A stretch of 64,000 bases of DNA from an uncultured Acidobacteriota bacterium (GCA_963836075.1 CAWIIB010000001.1:1952001-2016000), one strand, 5' to 3'; counted from the stretch's first letter, positions 9,379 to 19,095 are shown. Program-made: numbers and translations. Notes: a model not told the origin generated them from the letters alone.

Positions 9379-11742
9379 ATGGGAGCTGTTCTTCTGCTGT
9401 CCGTTCTCATCCTCACCTGCGTTGCCGGTGGAACAGCGCCGGCCGGCGAGGTGCTGGAAAGCGAGATGACCCTGGAACTCCGGACCGCTGACTACCTGAT
9501 TGTCGACGGGCCGGATGGACAGCGGATCAAGATGGAGGATGCCTGCAGCTTTGCCCGTCCGGGAGCGCCGCTGCTGCCCGCACAACGGCTGCTGGTCCTC
9601 CTCCCGCCCGGTGCCCATTCCCCGCGGCTCTCCCTGGAGGTTCTGGAAAGCGAGCGCCTGCCCGGCACGTTCCGCATCGAACCGGCCCCGCCGCTGCTCC
9701 TTGCCTCGGGGCCGCCTGCCGCTCGCGGCCGCCCCCCATCGACCGATACCGTATGGCACAGGACGTGGCAGGAATGCTATTCGACGGATGCTCCCTGCCC
9801 GGCCGAAGCGGTGGTGATCACCGGCCAGGGCACGCTCCGGAAATACGCGTATGTCTCCATCGCCTTCCGCCCCTTCACCTGGCGGCCGCTCAGCGGCCGG
9901 CTGTACAACAACAGGGCCGCACGAATCCGCATCCGCTTCCAGCTGCCTTCCCCCGGCAGTGAGCAAGCCCGGCAGACCTCGCTGCTGCTCCGGGACCATG
10001 CAGCCGACCTGCGGGCGGCGCATCTGTTCGTCAACTTCCAGGAGATGCAGGACCTCTATCAGCCGGATCCGGCCGACACCACCGGGCGCGAGATCTACGA
10101 CTACGTCATCGTCACCACCCCCGGCCTGCTGCCGACGGTCGCCGCTTCCGATTTTGTTGCCTGGAAAACCACTTTAGGCCACAGTGTGCGCGTGCTGTCG
10201 ACCGACGATCCCCTGATCGCCGACGAAGAGGGACGGGACCTGGCCGAGCGTATCCGCACATTCCTCCGCAAGGCCTGGCCGCAGTGGGGGATCGAGTATC
10301 TCCTGCTGGTGGGCAGTACGGCCGACCTGCCCATGCGCTTCTGCAACCCCGACCCGGACGACCACTGCACCGACCCGGACCCGCTCAACTGTACCATTTC
10401 GCGGGTCCCCACCGACCACTACTACGCCGACCTCTCGCTGCCCGACGACGACTCCTGGGACTCCGACCACGACGGCTTCTATGGCGAGTATCAGCAGGAC
10501 ACCCCCGACTTCATGGCCGAGATCGCGGTGGGCCGGATGCCGGTCAGCGATGCCGGGCGGGTTATCTACACCCTGGACAAGATGGTCCGCTACGAAGCGG
10601 ACAACGGCGCGTGGAAAAACCATGCACTGCTGGGCGGGGCGATCATGAACTACGCCAACCAGGACCATGGCGGCGGCCCCTTCTGCGATGGGGCGGCCTG
10701 CGTGGCGATGATCGAGGACGACCTGCTCGGCGGCTGGCAGGTCAGCCGCCACAGCGAGCAGGAAGGACTGGTCCCCTCGAGCTATCCCTGGCTGCCGATC
10801 AGCGCCCCGAACTTTGGCAACGACTGGCAGGGTGGCCAGTACGGCCTGGTGAGCTGGATGGCCCACGGCCACGCCAACGGCGGCTACCGGGCGGTCTGGC
10901 GCTGGGACGACGGCGACGGGGTGGCCGAAACCAATGGCAATGACGGGTTCGAGATGCTCACCTTCATCAGCACGGACACCGTTCTCGACGACGACCACCC
11001 CTCGCTGGTCTGTGCCATCGGCTGCATGCTCGGCGTTCCCGAACCGAACAGCATGGGCCGGTTCGCCGTCGACCTGCTCACCGACCCGACCGGCGGCCCG
11101 GCCGCCGGCATCGCCGCGGCCTCCCGGTCGTCGGCCTACACCTCGAACTGGCCCGCCACCCCGGGTGGAGACGCCTCGTTGTGCTACGAGTTCAACCGCT
11201 ACCTCATCGACGGCCCCGACGGACCGGAGCGGGCTGGTGACGCGCTCTATCATTCCAAATTCTTCGTTCACCAGAATTTCGGCTTCGATCACTGGTACGA
11301 ATATCTCAACATGCACGGGCTGCAGTTCTACGGTGACCCGGCCATGGCCCGCAGCGGTGCAGCCGGCCCTCCGGCCACCCTCGACGCAGCGCTCACCTGC
11401 CAGCCGGCAACCGGCACCCTGCCCTTCTCCACCCGGATGACCGTCTGGATGACCAACCTGCACCAGGACCAGTCGCGCCGTTTCTCGGGGCGGATCAACT
11501 TGACCCGGGCTGACGGCGTTCACTACGCCAACTGGCGGGCCGGCTGGACCAACGTGGCCGGCGGTGCCTCGTTCTCGACGTCATGGCAGCAGGTCATTCC
11601 TGCCCTGGGCGCGCTGGAGGGCGAAAACGTCTTCACCTTGCTGGTCGAAGACACGACACCCGCTCCGTACAATCTTCCGCCCTACCCGCCAGCGGGCGAC
11701 ACCGACAGCGATAGCGTCACGGTTGAGGGGAACGTGCCTTGA
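9379..11742 (+). CDS. Secreted C25 (gingipain-like) cysteine peptidase with propeptide and a shared 121-aa C-terminal domain
   Basis: Signal peptide; propeptide motif RPGAPLLPAQRLLVLLPPG; DYVIVT, EYLLLVG, PTDHYYADL, EIAVGRMP, catalytic His (MAHGH) and Cys (AIGC), YGDP. GGAGG precedes ATG 9379. Confidence 0.88.
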   Translation: MGAVLLLSVLILTCVAGGTAPAGEVLESEMTLELRTADYLIVDGPDGQRIKMEDACSFARPGAPLLPAQRLLVLLPPGAHSPRLSLEVLESERLPGTFRIEPAPPLLLASGPPAARGRPPSTDTVWHRTWQECYSTDAPCPAEAVVITGQGTLRKYAYVSIAFRPFTWRPLSGRLYNNRAARIRIRFQLPSPGSEQARQTSLLLRDHAADLRAAHLFVNFQEMQDLYQPDPADTTGREIYDYVIVTTPGLLPTVAASDFVAWKTTLGHSVRVLSTDDPLIADEEGRDLAERIRTFLRKAWPQWGIEYLLLVGSTADLPMRFCNPDPDDHCTDPDPLNCTISRVPTDHYYADLSLPDDDSWDSDHDGFYGEYQQDTPDFMAEIAVGRMPVSDAGRVIYTLDKMVRYEADNGAWKNHALLGGAIMNYANQDHGGGPFCDGAACVAMIEDDLLGGWQVSRHSEQEGLVPSSYPWLPISAPNFGNDWQGGQYGLVSWMAHGHANGGYRAVWRWDDGDGVAETNGNDGFEMLTFISTDTVLDDDHPSLVCAIGCMLGVPEPNSMGRFAVDLLTDPTGGPAAGIAAASRSSAYTSNWPATPGGDASLCYEFNRYLIDGPDGPERAGDALYHSKFFVHQNFGFDHWYEYLNMHGLQFYGDPAMARSGAAGPPATLDAALTCQPATGTLPFSTRMTVWMTNLHQDQSRRFSGRINLTRADGVHYANWRAGWTNVAGGASFSTSWQQVIPALGALEGENVFTLLVEDTTPAPYNLPPYPPAGDTDSDSVTVEGNVP

Positions 11743-11755
11743 GCACTGGCGGCGG

Positions 11756-13462
11756 TTATTTCAGCACCAGGAAGGGCCCGATGGCCAGGGCGTCCATGCC
11801 GGTGCCGAAGAAGGTGCGCACCGCTTCACGGGGGGTGGTGACGATCGGCTCGCCCTTGACGTTGAACGAGGTGTTGAGGATCACCGGCACCCCGGTGAGC
11901 TTTTCGAACTCGGAGATCAGCCGGTGGTAGAGCGGATTGGCCTCACGGGAAACGGTGTGCACCCGGGCGGTGCCGTCCACGTGGGTTACCGCCGGGAGCT
12001 GGTGGCGCCGGTCCTCCGGCACGTCAAAGACCAGGATCATGTAGGGTGAGCGGACACAGCCGCTGAACCACTGGCCGGCCTTTTCCTCGAGGGTGCTGGG
12101 GGCGAAGGGCCGGAACTCCTCCCGCCGTTTGACACAGGCGTTGACCAGGTCCTGCATCTCGGCCCGCCGCGGGTCGGCAATGATCGAGCGGTTGCCCAGG
12201 GCCCGCGGGCCGAACTCTGCTTTGCCCTGGAACCAGCCCACCACCTTGCCCTGGTCCAGCAGGGCCGCCACCGTTGCCGGAAGGTCGTCGGGGCGGCTGT
12301 AGCTGATCTTGTCCCCGCGCAGTTCCTCCTCCACCGCCTGATCGTCAAAGGACGGTCCCAGATAGAGGTGGGGCAGCTCCACCAGCGGCCGGCGGTGGCC
12401 CAGCACCACCCGGTCCACGTGCCAGGCCGCACCGAGGGAGGTGCCGGCATCGTGGCAGGCCGGCATGGGATAGACCTCGTCGTACCCCGCTTCACGCAAC
12501 AGGCGGCCGTTCATCACGCAGTTGAGGCCCACCCCGCCGGAAAGCACCAGCCGCCGCTCCCCGGTCTCCTCCCGCAGTTCCCGGGCCAGCCGGAGCACCG
12601 CCTCCTCCAGGGCCAGCTGGGCGCTGTGCGCGATGTCGGCGTGACGCTGCTCGATCTCCTCGCCCGTTTCCCGTGCCGGCCCCAGGGCCCGGACCAGGGC
12701 CTGGCTAAAATAGCGTTTGCGGTTCCCGGTCTGGTAACTGAAATAGTCTGTGTCGACCGTGAGCATCCCCTCGGGGTCGACACTGATCAGTTTACGGAAG
12801 AGGTCGATATGCGTCGGTTTACCGTACGAGGCCAACCCCATCACCTTGTACTCGTCGTTGTCCGGGCGGAAACCGAGGTAGTCGGTCACCGCGCTGTAGA
12901 AGAATCCCGGGGAGTGGGGGAAGCGCATCCGGCGCAGGATGCGGTAGCCTTCGGGATCGTAGGTCCCGGCGGTGCCGGTGTCCCGCTCCCCCACCCCGTC
13001 GAGAGTCAGCACCGCGGCCGATTGGAAGCCCGAGGCGAAGAAACCGGAAGCGGCGTGGGCCGGATGGTGTTCGACAAAATGGAAAGTGGTCCCGTCCAAC
13101 TCGTGGCCCAGCAGCTCGCGGACCATTGAGGGGATCGAGCGCATCTTGGCCCCGGCCCAGAGCTGGCTGCCCCAGAAGCCGAGACCGCTCACGCCACCGC
13201 CGGTGATCAGATGGCGCGGCCAGTAGGTCAGGTTCTCACGGAAGACGAGGCCGGGGATCATGTAGAAGGCCACATGGCCCAGTTGCCCCGGCCCGATCCC
13301 CGCCGCCTCCAGGCAGTGGCGGATCGCCCGGCCGGGAAAGGCGCCGTCGTGCTTGACCCGGGAGAGACGTTCCTCTTCCACCGCCGCCACCGGCACCCCG
13401 TCCACCAGCAGCGTCGCCGAGGCGTCGTGCTTGAAGCAGTTGATGCCGAGGATCGTCTCCAT
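11756..13462 (-). CDS. Carbamoyltransferase, NodU/CmcH family
   Basis: HDASA, EEERLSRVKH, EHHPAHAAS, DGVGE, EYKVMGLASYG, GGVGLNC, EFGPRALGNRS, REEFRPFAP, LNTSFN. Confidence 0.95.
   Translation of the reverse strand: METILGINCFKHDASATLLVDGVPVAAVEEERLSRVKHDGAFPGRAIRHCLEAAGIGPGQLGHVAFYMIPGLVFRENLTYWPRHLITGGGVSGLGFWGSQLWAGAKMRSIPSMVRELLGHELDGTTFHFVEHHPAHAASGFFASGFQSAAVLTLDGVGERDTGTAGTYDPEGYRILRRMRFPHSPGFFYSAVTDYLGFRPDNDEYKVMGLASYGKPTHIDLFRKLISVDPEGMLTVDTDYFSYQTGNRKRYFSQALVRALGPARETGEEIEQRHADIAHSAQLALEEAVLRLARELREETGERRLVLSGGVGLNCVMNGRLLREAGYDEVYPMPACHDAGTSLGAAWHVDRVVLGHRRPLVELPHLYLGPSFDDQAVEEELRGDKISYSRPDDLPATVAALLDQGKVVGWFQGKAEFGPRALGNRSIIADPRRAEMQDLVNACVKRREEFRPFAPSTLEEKAGQWFSGCVRSPYMILVFDVPEDRRHQLPAVTHVDGTARVHTVSREANPLYHRLISEFEKLTGVPVILNTSFNVKGEPIVTTPREAVRTFFGTGMDALAIGPFLVLK
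11760..11813 (+). repeat. 54-bp direct repeat, copy 2, inside the carbamoyltransferase 3' end
   Basis: Identical to 9209..9262; encodes FFGTGMDALAIGPFLVL(K) on the minus strand. Confidence 0.95.
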
Positions 13463-13466
13463 CAGG

Positions 13467-14396
13467 TCATTCTCCGGCCGGCGGGCCCCAGATCAGCTGG
13501 AGCGCCTTTTTCGAACATGCCCTCTTCTCCGCCCCCCAGGGGAGCGAGAACATGCGGGCGATCCAGAGCAGGCTGAGCCCCGCCCGGAAGGCCAGCAGGG
13601 AAAGTGGCCCGGCGTGCTTGCGCAGAAACCGCAGTTTGCCCGGAATGTAGCGCAGGATCAAGCCCTGGTGGCCGCCTGACGGGCCGGCAGCCAGACCGCC
13701 GCCCACGTGCACCGCTTCGGCTGCGGGAAAGAGACGCAGGTCCCAGCCCCGGTCGCGGAACCGGCGGGCGAGGTCGGTCTCCTCGTGAAAGGTGCCGTAG
13801 CCCTCGTCAAAGAGACCGGTTTCTTCCAGAGCCTCCCGCCGCACCAGCCAGACCGCACCCACGATCCAGTCGGCGGTGCGTTCCTCCTGGTGCGCGTCGA
13901 ACGCGGCCACCTTCAGCGATCGGGCCCGGCCTTCCAGCAGGTGCTCGCGGGCCAGGTTCCGGGGCGTGGGATCGTCACGCATTGACGGCTGCAGCGTGCC
14001 GTCCGGGTTGAGCAGCCGCGGCGCGGCCACCGCAGTCCGCGGGCAGCGCTCCAGTCCCTCCATGAGCAGCTGGAGCGACTGCGGCTCCATCCGGGCATCG
14101 GGGTTGAAGAGCAGCACGTCCCGTCCCTGTTCCAGCGCCCGGCTCATCCCCTGGTTGGCCGCCGCGGCATACCCGACATTGACCGGGTTCGCCTCCAGGG
14201 AGAACCAGGTCTCGTCGCCGTACAGCTCCAGCAGCGCCTCCCGGCTGCCGTCATTGGAGGCGTTGTCCACCAAGTGGACCGGCAGCGGGACCTGCCGGCG
14301 GCAGCGGACCAGGCTCTCCAGGGCCTGCCGCACCAGGTCACCCCCGTTCCAGTTGACCACCACGGCCAGCGGAGGCTGTTTTCCGCCATTTGACAC
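13467..14396 (-). CDS. Glycosyltransferase family 2
   Basis: VVVNWNG, VDNASNDG, NVGYAAAANQG, FNPDA, GLFDEGY…EETDL. Start inferred at GTG 14396. Confidence 0.9.
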   Translation of the reverse strand: MSNGGKQPPLAVVVNWNGGDLVRQALESLVRCRRQVPLPVHLVDNASNDGSREALLELYGDETWFSLEANPVNVGYAAAANQGMSRALEQGRDVLLFNPDARMEPQSLQLLMEGLERCPRTAVAAPRLLNPDGTLQPSMRDDPTPRNLAREHLLEGRARSLKVAAFDAHQEERTADWIVGAVWLVRREALEETGLFDEGYGTFHEETDLARRFRDRGWDLRLFPAAEAVHVGGGLAAGPSGGHQGLILRYIPGKLRFLRKHAGPLSLLAFRAGLSLLWIARMFSLPWGAEKRACSKKALQLIWGPPAGE

Positions 14397-14736
14397 GGCT
14401 TTATCCCCCCTGCCCGGCACGGGCCGTTGAGGCCCCTGGAGACCGGGCGGCGCGGGCGTATTGTAGGAGCCACGCCAAAGGAGCGTCAAGGCGGGGCAAG
14501 GATAACCGCAAAGATCGCCGAACTGTAAACCGGCCGTTCTCGTATGTCTGTATGGCTGGCCAGGGCGGTGTCGGGCCTGGCCGCACGAGGGGGAAAATCA
14601 ATTCAAACCTTTTACTTCCCGCAAGCATCAATAAGACGGGGTTGCCTGGAATCGAGACGCCGGCGCCCCTTGACGCACTCATGAATTGAAACCGGAGACG
14701 GTCTAACCGGACAACCGTTCAGGGAGGGGGCAGACA

Positions 14737-15846
14737 ATGGCGAAGGTGGTCAAATACCTGCTGGTGTTCATCGTTCTCGCGGCAGTGGTGGTGGGCGCCT
14801 ACGCCGTCTACCAGAACCGCGAACCCGAGGACCAGGGCTTCACCATGGTGGATGTGACCCGCGGTGATATCACCGAAAAGGCGGTGGCCGTGGGTCAGAT
14901 CGAACCGCGCCAGCGGTTCCACATCAAGTCCAAGATCTCGGGCATCGTCAAACGCTGTGCCGTGGAGGTGGGGGACCAGGTCCGGCCCGGCGACCCGCTG
15001 ATCGAGATCACCCCCGACCCCACTCCCCTGGAGCGGCTCGACGCCGAACGGCGGGTGGAGAGAGCCGAGTCGGCATACAAGCGCGCCGAGGCGGACTGGA
15101 CCCGTTCCCAGGAGTTGGTGAACCAGGGGGTGGAGTCGCGCAACACCCTCGACGCCGCGGTGGAGGCCTACGAGCTGGCCGGAATCGAGCTGGAGCGGGC
15201 CAGGGATAATCTGCAGCTGCTCGAGGATGGGCGTATCGACGGCCGCGGAGCGGTGATGGAATCGATCATCCGCGCCCCGGCCGCGGGCATCGTCCTCCAG
15301 CGGCTGGTCAACGACGGCGACCCGGTGGTGCCGTTGACCAGCTACCAGGAGGGCACCGAACTGGCCACCCTGGCCGACATGAGCGACCTGATGTTCAAGG
15401 GCACGGTGGACGAGATCGACGTGGGCAAGCTCACCGTGGGCATGCCGGCCCGGCTGAAGATCGGGGCCCTGCCCGACCAGGCGGTTACCGGCCGGCTGAG
15501 CCGCATCGCCCCCCAGGCCGTGGAGGAGGACAACGCCAAACTCTTCGAGGTGGAGATCGAGCTCGACCCCACCGACGGGGTGCTGCTCCGCGCCGGGTAC
15601 TCGGCCAACGCCGACCTGGTGATCCGGGAGAAGACCGCCATCCTCCTGATTCCCGAACGGCTGGTAATCTTCGAGGAGGAGGGGGAAAAGAGATTCGTCG
15701 AACTGCCGGGCGAGGGCCCGGAGGCCGAACCGCGCAAAGTGGAAATCGATACCGGCCTCTCCGACGGGCTGAACATCGAAGTCACCGACGGGCTCAGCGA
15801 AGGGGACCAGCTGGTCCAACGCCCGCCGCGAGAGATATCGGGCTAA
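14737..15846 (+). CDS. Periplasmic adaptor (MacA/HlyD-like) of a tripartite ABC exporter
   Basis: TM anchor, lipoyl-like half motifs KSKISGIV…VEVGDQV and IRAPAAGIV, coiled coil, VDEIDVG. Confidence 0.9.
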   Translation: MAKVVKYLLVFIVLAAVVVGAYAVYQNREPEDQGFTMVDVTRGDITEKAVAVGQIEPRQRFHIKSKISGIVKRCAVEVGDQVRPGDPLIEITPDPTPLERLDAERRVERAESAYKRAEADWTRSQELVNQGVESRNTLDAAVEAYELAGIELERARDNLQLLEDGRIDGRGAVMESIIRAPAAGIVLQRLVNDGDPVVPLTSYQEGTELATLADMSDLMFKGTVDEIDVGKLTVGMPARLKIGALPDQAVTGRLSRIAPQAVEEDNAKLFEVEIELDPTDGVLLRAGYSANADLVIREKTAILLIPERLVIFEEEGEKRFVELPGEGPEAEPRKVEIDTGLSDGLNIEVTDGLSEGDQLVQRPPREISG

Positions 15847-15862
15847 GGGGACCACCCGAGCG

Positions 15863-17086
15863 ATGATCAACACCCTCCGACAGCTGGTCCGGGACACCCG
15901 CAGCCAGAAGCTGCGCACCGCGCTGACCCTCTTCGGCATCATCTGGGGCACCGCCGCGGTGAGTCTGCTGCTCGCCTTTGGCGAGGGGTTTCACACCCAC
16001 ATGGCCAAGGAATCGGTGGGCATGGGCAACGCGGTGGTCATCGGCTGGCCCTCACGCACATCGATGCCCTTCGAAGGCCTGGGCAAGGGCCGCCGGATAA
16101 TGCTCTACGACAGCGATATTGAATTGCTGCGCCGGAAAGCCTGGGGGCTGGGCTCCATTTCCGGTGAACGCTCCGACCGGTTGAAACTGCAATACGGGCC
16201 CAAGGTGCTATCGGTGCCGGTTTCCGGCGTGGAACCCGGGTTCTGGGAAATGCGCAACCTGATCCCCGACGTGGGCGGCCGGTTTATCAACCACCTCGAC
16301 ATGGAGCAGCGGCGGCGGGTGATCTTTCTGGGCACCGACCTGGCCGAACAGGTCTTCGGTGAAACACCTCCGGTGGGGCAGACGGTCCAACTGGGCGGGT
16401 CGCCCTTCCTGGTGGTGGGTGTGCTGAGGGAGAAGAGCCAGAACTCCAACTACGGCGGTCCGGACACCAACCGCTGCTTCATCCCCGGCCCGGCTTTCAA
16501 AGCGCTCACCGGCCAGGAGTACATCGACAACATCGTTTTCAACGCCGCCGATGTGAGCCGCAGCGATGCGCTGACCGAGGAGGTGCGGAAAATCCTGGCC
16601 GCGAAACACCGCTTCGACCCCGAGGACAGCGAAGCGATCTCCTTCTGGGATACCACTGAGGGCGCACAGTTCCTGGAGGATTTCATGGTCTCTTTTCGCC
16701 TGTTCCTCGGAATCCTCGGCTGCCTGACCCTGGTGGTGGGCGGCATCGGCGTCTCCAATATCATGAACGTGGTGGTGGAGGAACGGACCCGCGAGATCGG
16801 GGTGAAGATGGCCATCGGCGCCAAACCACGGACCATCCTCGGCATGTTTCTGCTGGAGACCCTGGCCATGACCGCGGTGGGCGGGGCGCTGGGGCTGGGC
16901 ATCACCGTGGGGATCTGCGCCCTATTCCCGCTGCTGGAAATGGACGCCTATGTGGGCGCCCCCGGCGTGTCACCGGCCATGGCCCTGGCCACGGTGACCC
17001 TGCTGGGACTGATCGGCTTTATCTCCGGGTATTTCCCCGCCCGCACGGCGGCGAACCTCGACCCGGTGGTGGCGATGAAGAGGTGA
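15863..17086 (+). CDS. MacB/FtsX-type ABC permease
   Basis: RTALTLFGIIWG, GGIGVSNIM…ERTREIGVKMAIGA, PARTAANLDPV. Confidence 0.92.
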   Translation: MINTLRQLVRDTRSQKLRTALTLFGIIWGTAAVSLLLAFGEGFHTHMAKESVGMGNAVVIGWPSRTSMPFEGLGKGRRIMLYDSDIELLRRKAWGLGSISGERSDRLKLQYGPKVLSVPVSGVEPGFWEMRNLIPDVGGRFINHLDMEQRRRVIFLGTDLAEQVFGETPPVGQTVQLGGSPFLVVGVLREKSQNSNYGGPDTNRCFIPGPAFKALTGQEYIDNIVFNAADVSRSDALTEEVRKILAAKHRFDPEDSEAISFWDTTEGAQFLEDFMVSFRLFLGILGCLTLVVGGIGVSNIMNVVVEERTREIGVKMAIGAKPRTILGMFLLETLAMTAVGGALGLGITVGICALFPLLEMDAYVGAPGVSPAMALATVTLLGLIGFISGYFPARTAANLDPVVAMKR

Positions 17087-17087
17087 C

Positions 17088-18347
17088 ATGGGCAGACCAC
17101 GACCAGGACTGATTATCCAGCTCTTTCTCCGGGCCAGCCGCGTCCAGCGCAAGCGGGCGATACTCACCGTGGCTTCCATTGCCTGGGGGACACTCTCCCT
17201 GCTCCTGCTGCTGGCCTTCGGCGAGGGATTGCGCCACGCGCTGGCCACATCCTCCCACGGCATGGGCGAAAATCTGGCCATCTGCTGGCCGGGCACAACC
17301 AGCCTCACCTGGCAGGGCCTGCCCACTGGCCGGCCCGTCCGGCCGCGGATCGAGGACGTGGCCCTGCTTCGCCGAAGGATCACCGGCCTCGAGGAAGTGG
17401 CCGGCGAGATCTTCCGCGGCGGCGTGGTGGTGAGCAACGGCGACACCACCACAACCGCACGAATCAAGGGGGTGACCTACGGGTTCGGCGAGATCCGCAA
17501 CCACATTCCCCTGTCCGGGGGCCGGTTCCTCAACCCGCTGGACGAGCAGCTGCGCCGGCGCTCGGCGTTTGTCGGCGACGAACTGGCCAGGACCCTGTTT
17601 GGCGACGAGGAGCCGGTGGGACGGGAAATCCTCCTCGACAAAACGCCCTACACCGTGGTGGGGGTGATGAAACCCAAGCTGATGATGGGCAACTACGAGG
17701 GGATGGACTCGGAACAGGTGTCCATTCCGATCACCACATTGAAGGCCCAGTACGGCCGCGACCGGCTGAGCACCATCCTGCTCAAACCGGTGCGGCCGGA
17801 GCTGATGGAGGACGTGATCCGTCAGATGCACGAGGTGCTGGGGGCCAAGTACGGTTTCGACCCCGAAGATGAGCGGGTCTTCGGCATCTGGGACACGGTG
17901 GAATCGTTCCAGTTCCTGGTCAACATGCTGATCGGGATCCAGGTCTTCCTCGGCATCATCGGCGGCCTGACCCTGATCGTTGGCGGTATCGGAGTGGCCA
18001 ACATCATGTATGCGGTGGTCAAGGAACGGACCAGGGAGATCGGCGTAAAGATGGCCCTGGGTGCCCGCCGCGGCTGGATCACCGGTCCCATCGTCCTGGA
18101 GGGACTGCTCTACACCCTGATGGGCGGGGTGGTGGGCCTGCTGATGGCTGTGGGTCTCATCGTGCTGCTGGACATGATTCCCACCGAGGGCAATGAGGCG
18201 ATGCAGATGATGGGCACACCCACCCTCTCGCTGGAGATCGGCGCCGTTTCGGCCCTGGTCCTCGGCTTGATCGGCCTGCTGGCCGGCTATTTCCCGGCGC
18301 GGCGCGCCGCATCGATCAACCCGGCAGACACGCTCCGCTACGAGTGA
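17088..18347 (+). CDS. MacB/FtsX-type ABC permease (second paralogue)
   Basis: GGIGVANIM…ERTREIGVKMALGA, PARRAASINPADTLRYE. Confidence 0.92.
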   Translation: MGRPRPGLIIQLFLRASRVQRKRAILTVASIAWGTLSLLLLLAFGEGLRHALATSSHGMGENLAICWPGTTSLTWQGLPTGRPVRPRIEDVALLRRRITGLEEVAGEIFRGGVVVSNGDTTTTARIKGVTYGFGEIRNHIPLSGGRFLNPLDEQLRRRSAFVGDELARTLFGDEEPVGREILLDKTPYTVVGVMKPKLMMGNYEGMDSEQVSIPITTLKAQYGRDRLSTILLKPVRPELMEDVIRQMHEVLGAKYGFDPEDERVFGIWDTVESFQFLVNMLIGIQVFLGIIGGLTLIVGGIGVANIMYAVVKERTREIGVKMALGARRGWITGPIVLEGLLYTLMGGVVGLLMAVGLIVLLDMIPTEGNEAMQMMGTPTLSLEIGAVSALVLGLIGLLAGYFPARRAASINPADTLRYE

Positions 18348-18354
18348 GGAGACC

Positions 18355-19095
18355 ATGATATTCGACGGCTTTTTGAACGGACGCAAGGGGAACGGCCCGG
18401 AGAGCAGCGGCGAGGTGATCCTGATGCAGGGGATCACCAAGGTCTACGACACGGGCAAGGTCAAGGTGGAGGCGGTCCGCGGGGTGGACCTCCGGGTGGA
18501 ACAGGGTGAGTTCGTGGCCATCACCGGCCCCTCCGGTTCGGGCAAGAGCACGCTGATGAACCTCATCGGCTGCCTCGACACGCCCACCGGCGGCGAGTAT
18601 CTGTTGAGCGGTGAAAGGGTGGCCGGGCTGAGCCGCGAGGCGCTGGCCGCCATCCGCAACCGCCGGGTGGGCTTCATCTTCCAGAATTTCAACCTGCTGC
18701 CGCAGATCAGCGCCTGGGAGAACGTCGAACTGCCGATGCTTTTTGGCGGCTGGTCGAAAAGAAAACGGAAACAGCGGGTGGGTGAGCTGCTGGAGCGTGT
18801 GGGCCTGGCCGACCGGATGTCGCACAAACCCACCGAACTTTCCGGCGGCCAGATGCAGCGGGTGGCCATCGCCCGGGCCCTGGCCATGGACCCGGACATC
18901 ATCCTTGCCGACGAACCGACCGGCAACCTGGACAGCTCGGCCGGCGGCGACATCATGGAACTCTTCGAGGAACTGTGGAAACAGGGCCGCACGGTGCTGG
19001 TGATCAGCCACGATCCGGCTTTGGCCCGCCGTGCCCAGCGGCAGGTGGAGATCCGTGACGGGCTGATCTGCAGCGACGGTCAGCTGGCCGCTTGA
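18355..19095 (+). CDS. ABC ATP-binding protein (LolD/MacB-like)
   Basis: GPSGSGKST, LSGGQMQR, ILADEPTGNLD. Confidence 0.95.
   Translation: MIFDGFLNGRKGNGPESSGEVILMQGITKVYDTGKVKVEAVRGVDLRVEQGEFVAITGPSGSGKSTLMNLIGCLDTPTGGEYLLSGERVAGLSREALAAIRNRRVGFIFQNFNLLPQISAWENVELPMLFGGWSKRKRKQRVGELLERVGLADRMSHKPTELSGGQMQRVAIARALAMDPDIILADEPTGNLDSSAGGDIMELFEELWKQGRTVLVISHDPALARRAQRQVEIRDGLICSDGQLAA

Noticed and set aside
9179-9469. Short ORFs sharing the peptide GYFSTRKGPMARASMPVPKK (9179+ and 11739+)
   Set aside because: These are antisense translations of the 54-bp repeat, not genes.
11377-11742. Calling the shared domain a T9SS CTD or PEP-CTERM
   Set aside because: It lacks the YPNP / G-x-Y / terminal K-x-x-x-x pattern of T9SS type A CTDs and the TM-plus-basic tail of exosortase or sortase signals; distant fold similarity is not excluded.
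14515-14550. ECF-sigma-like promoter (GAACT-16-CGTAT) upstream of the exporter operon
   Set aside because: The match is too short and degenerate to support without a model.
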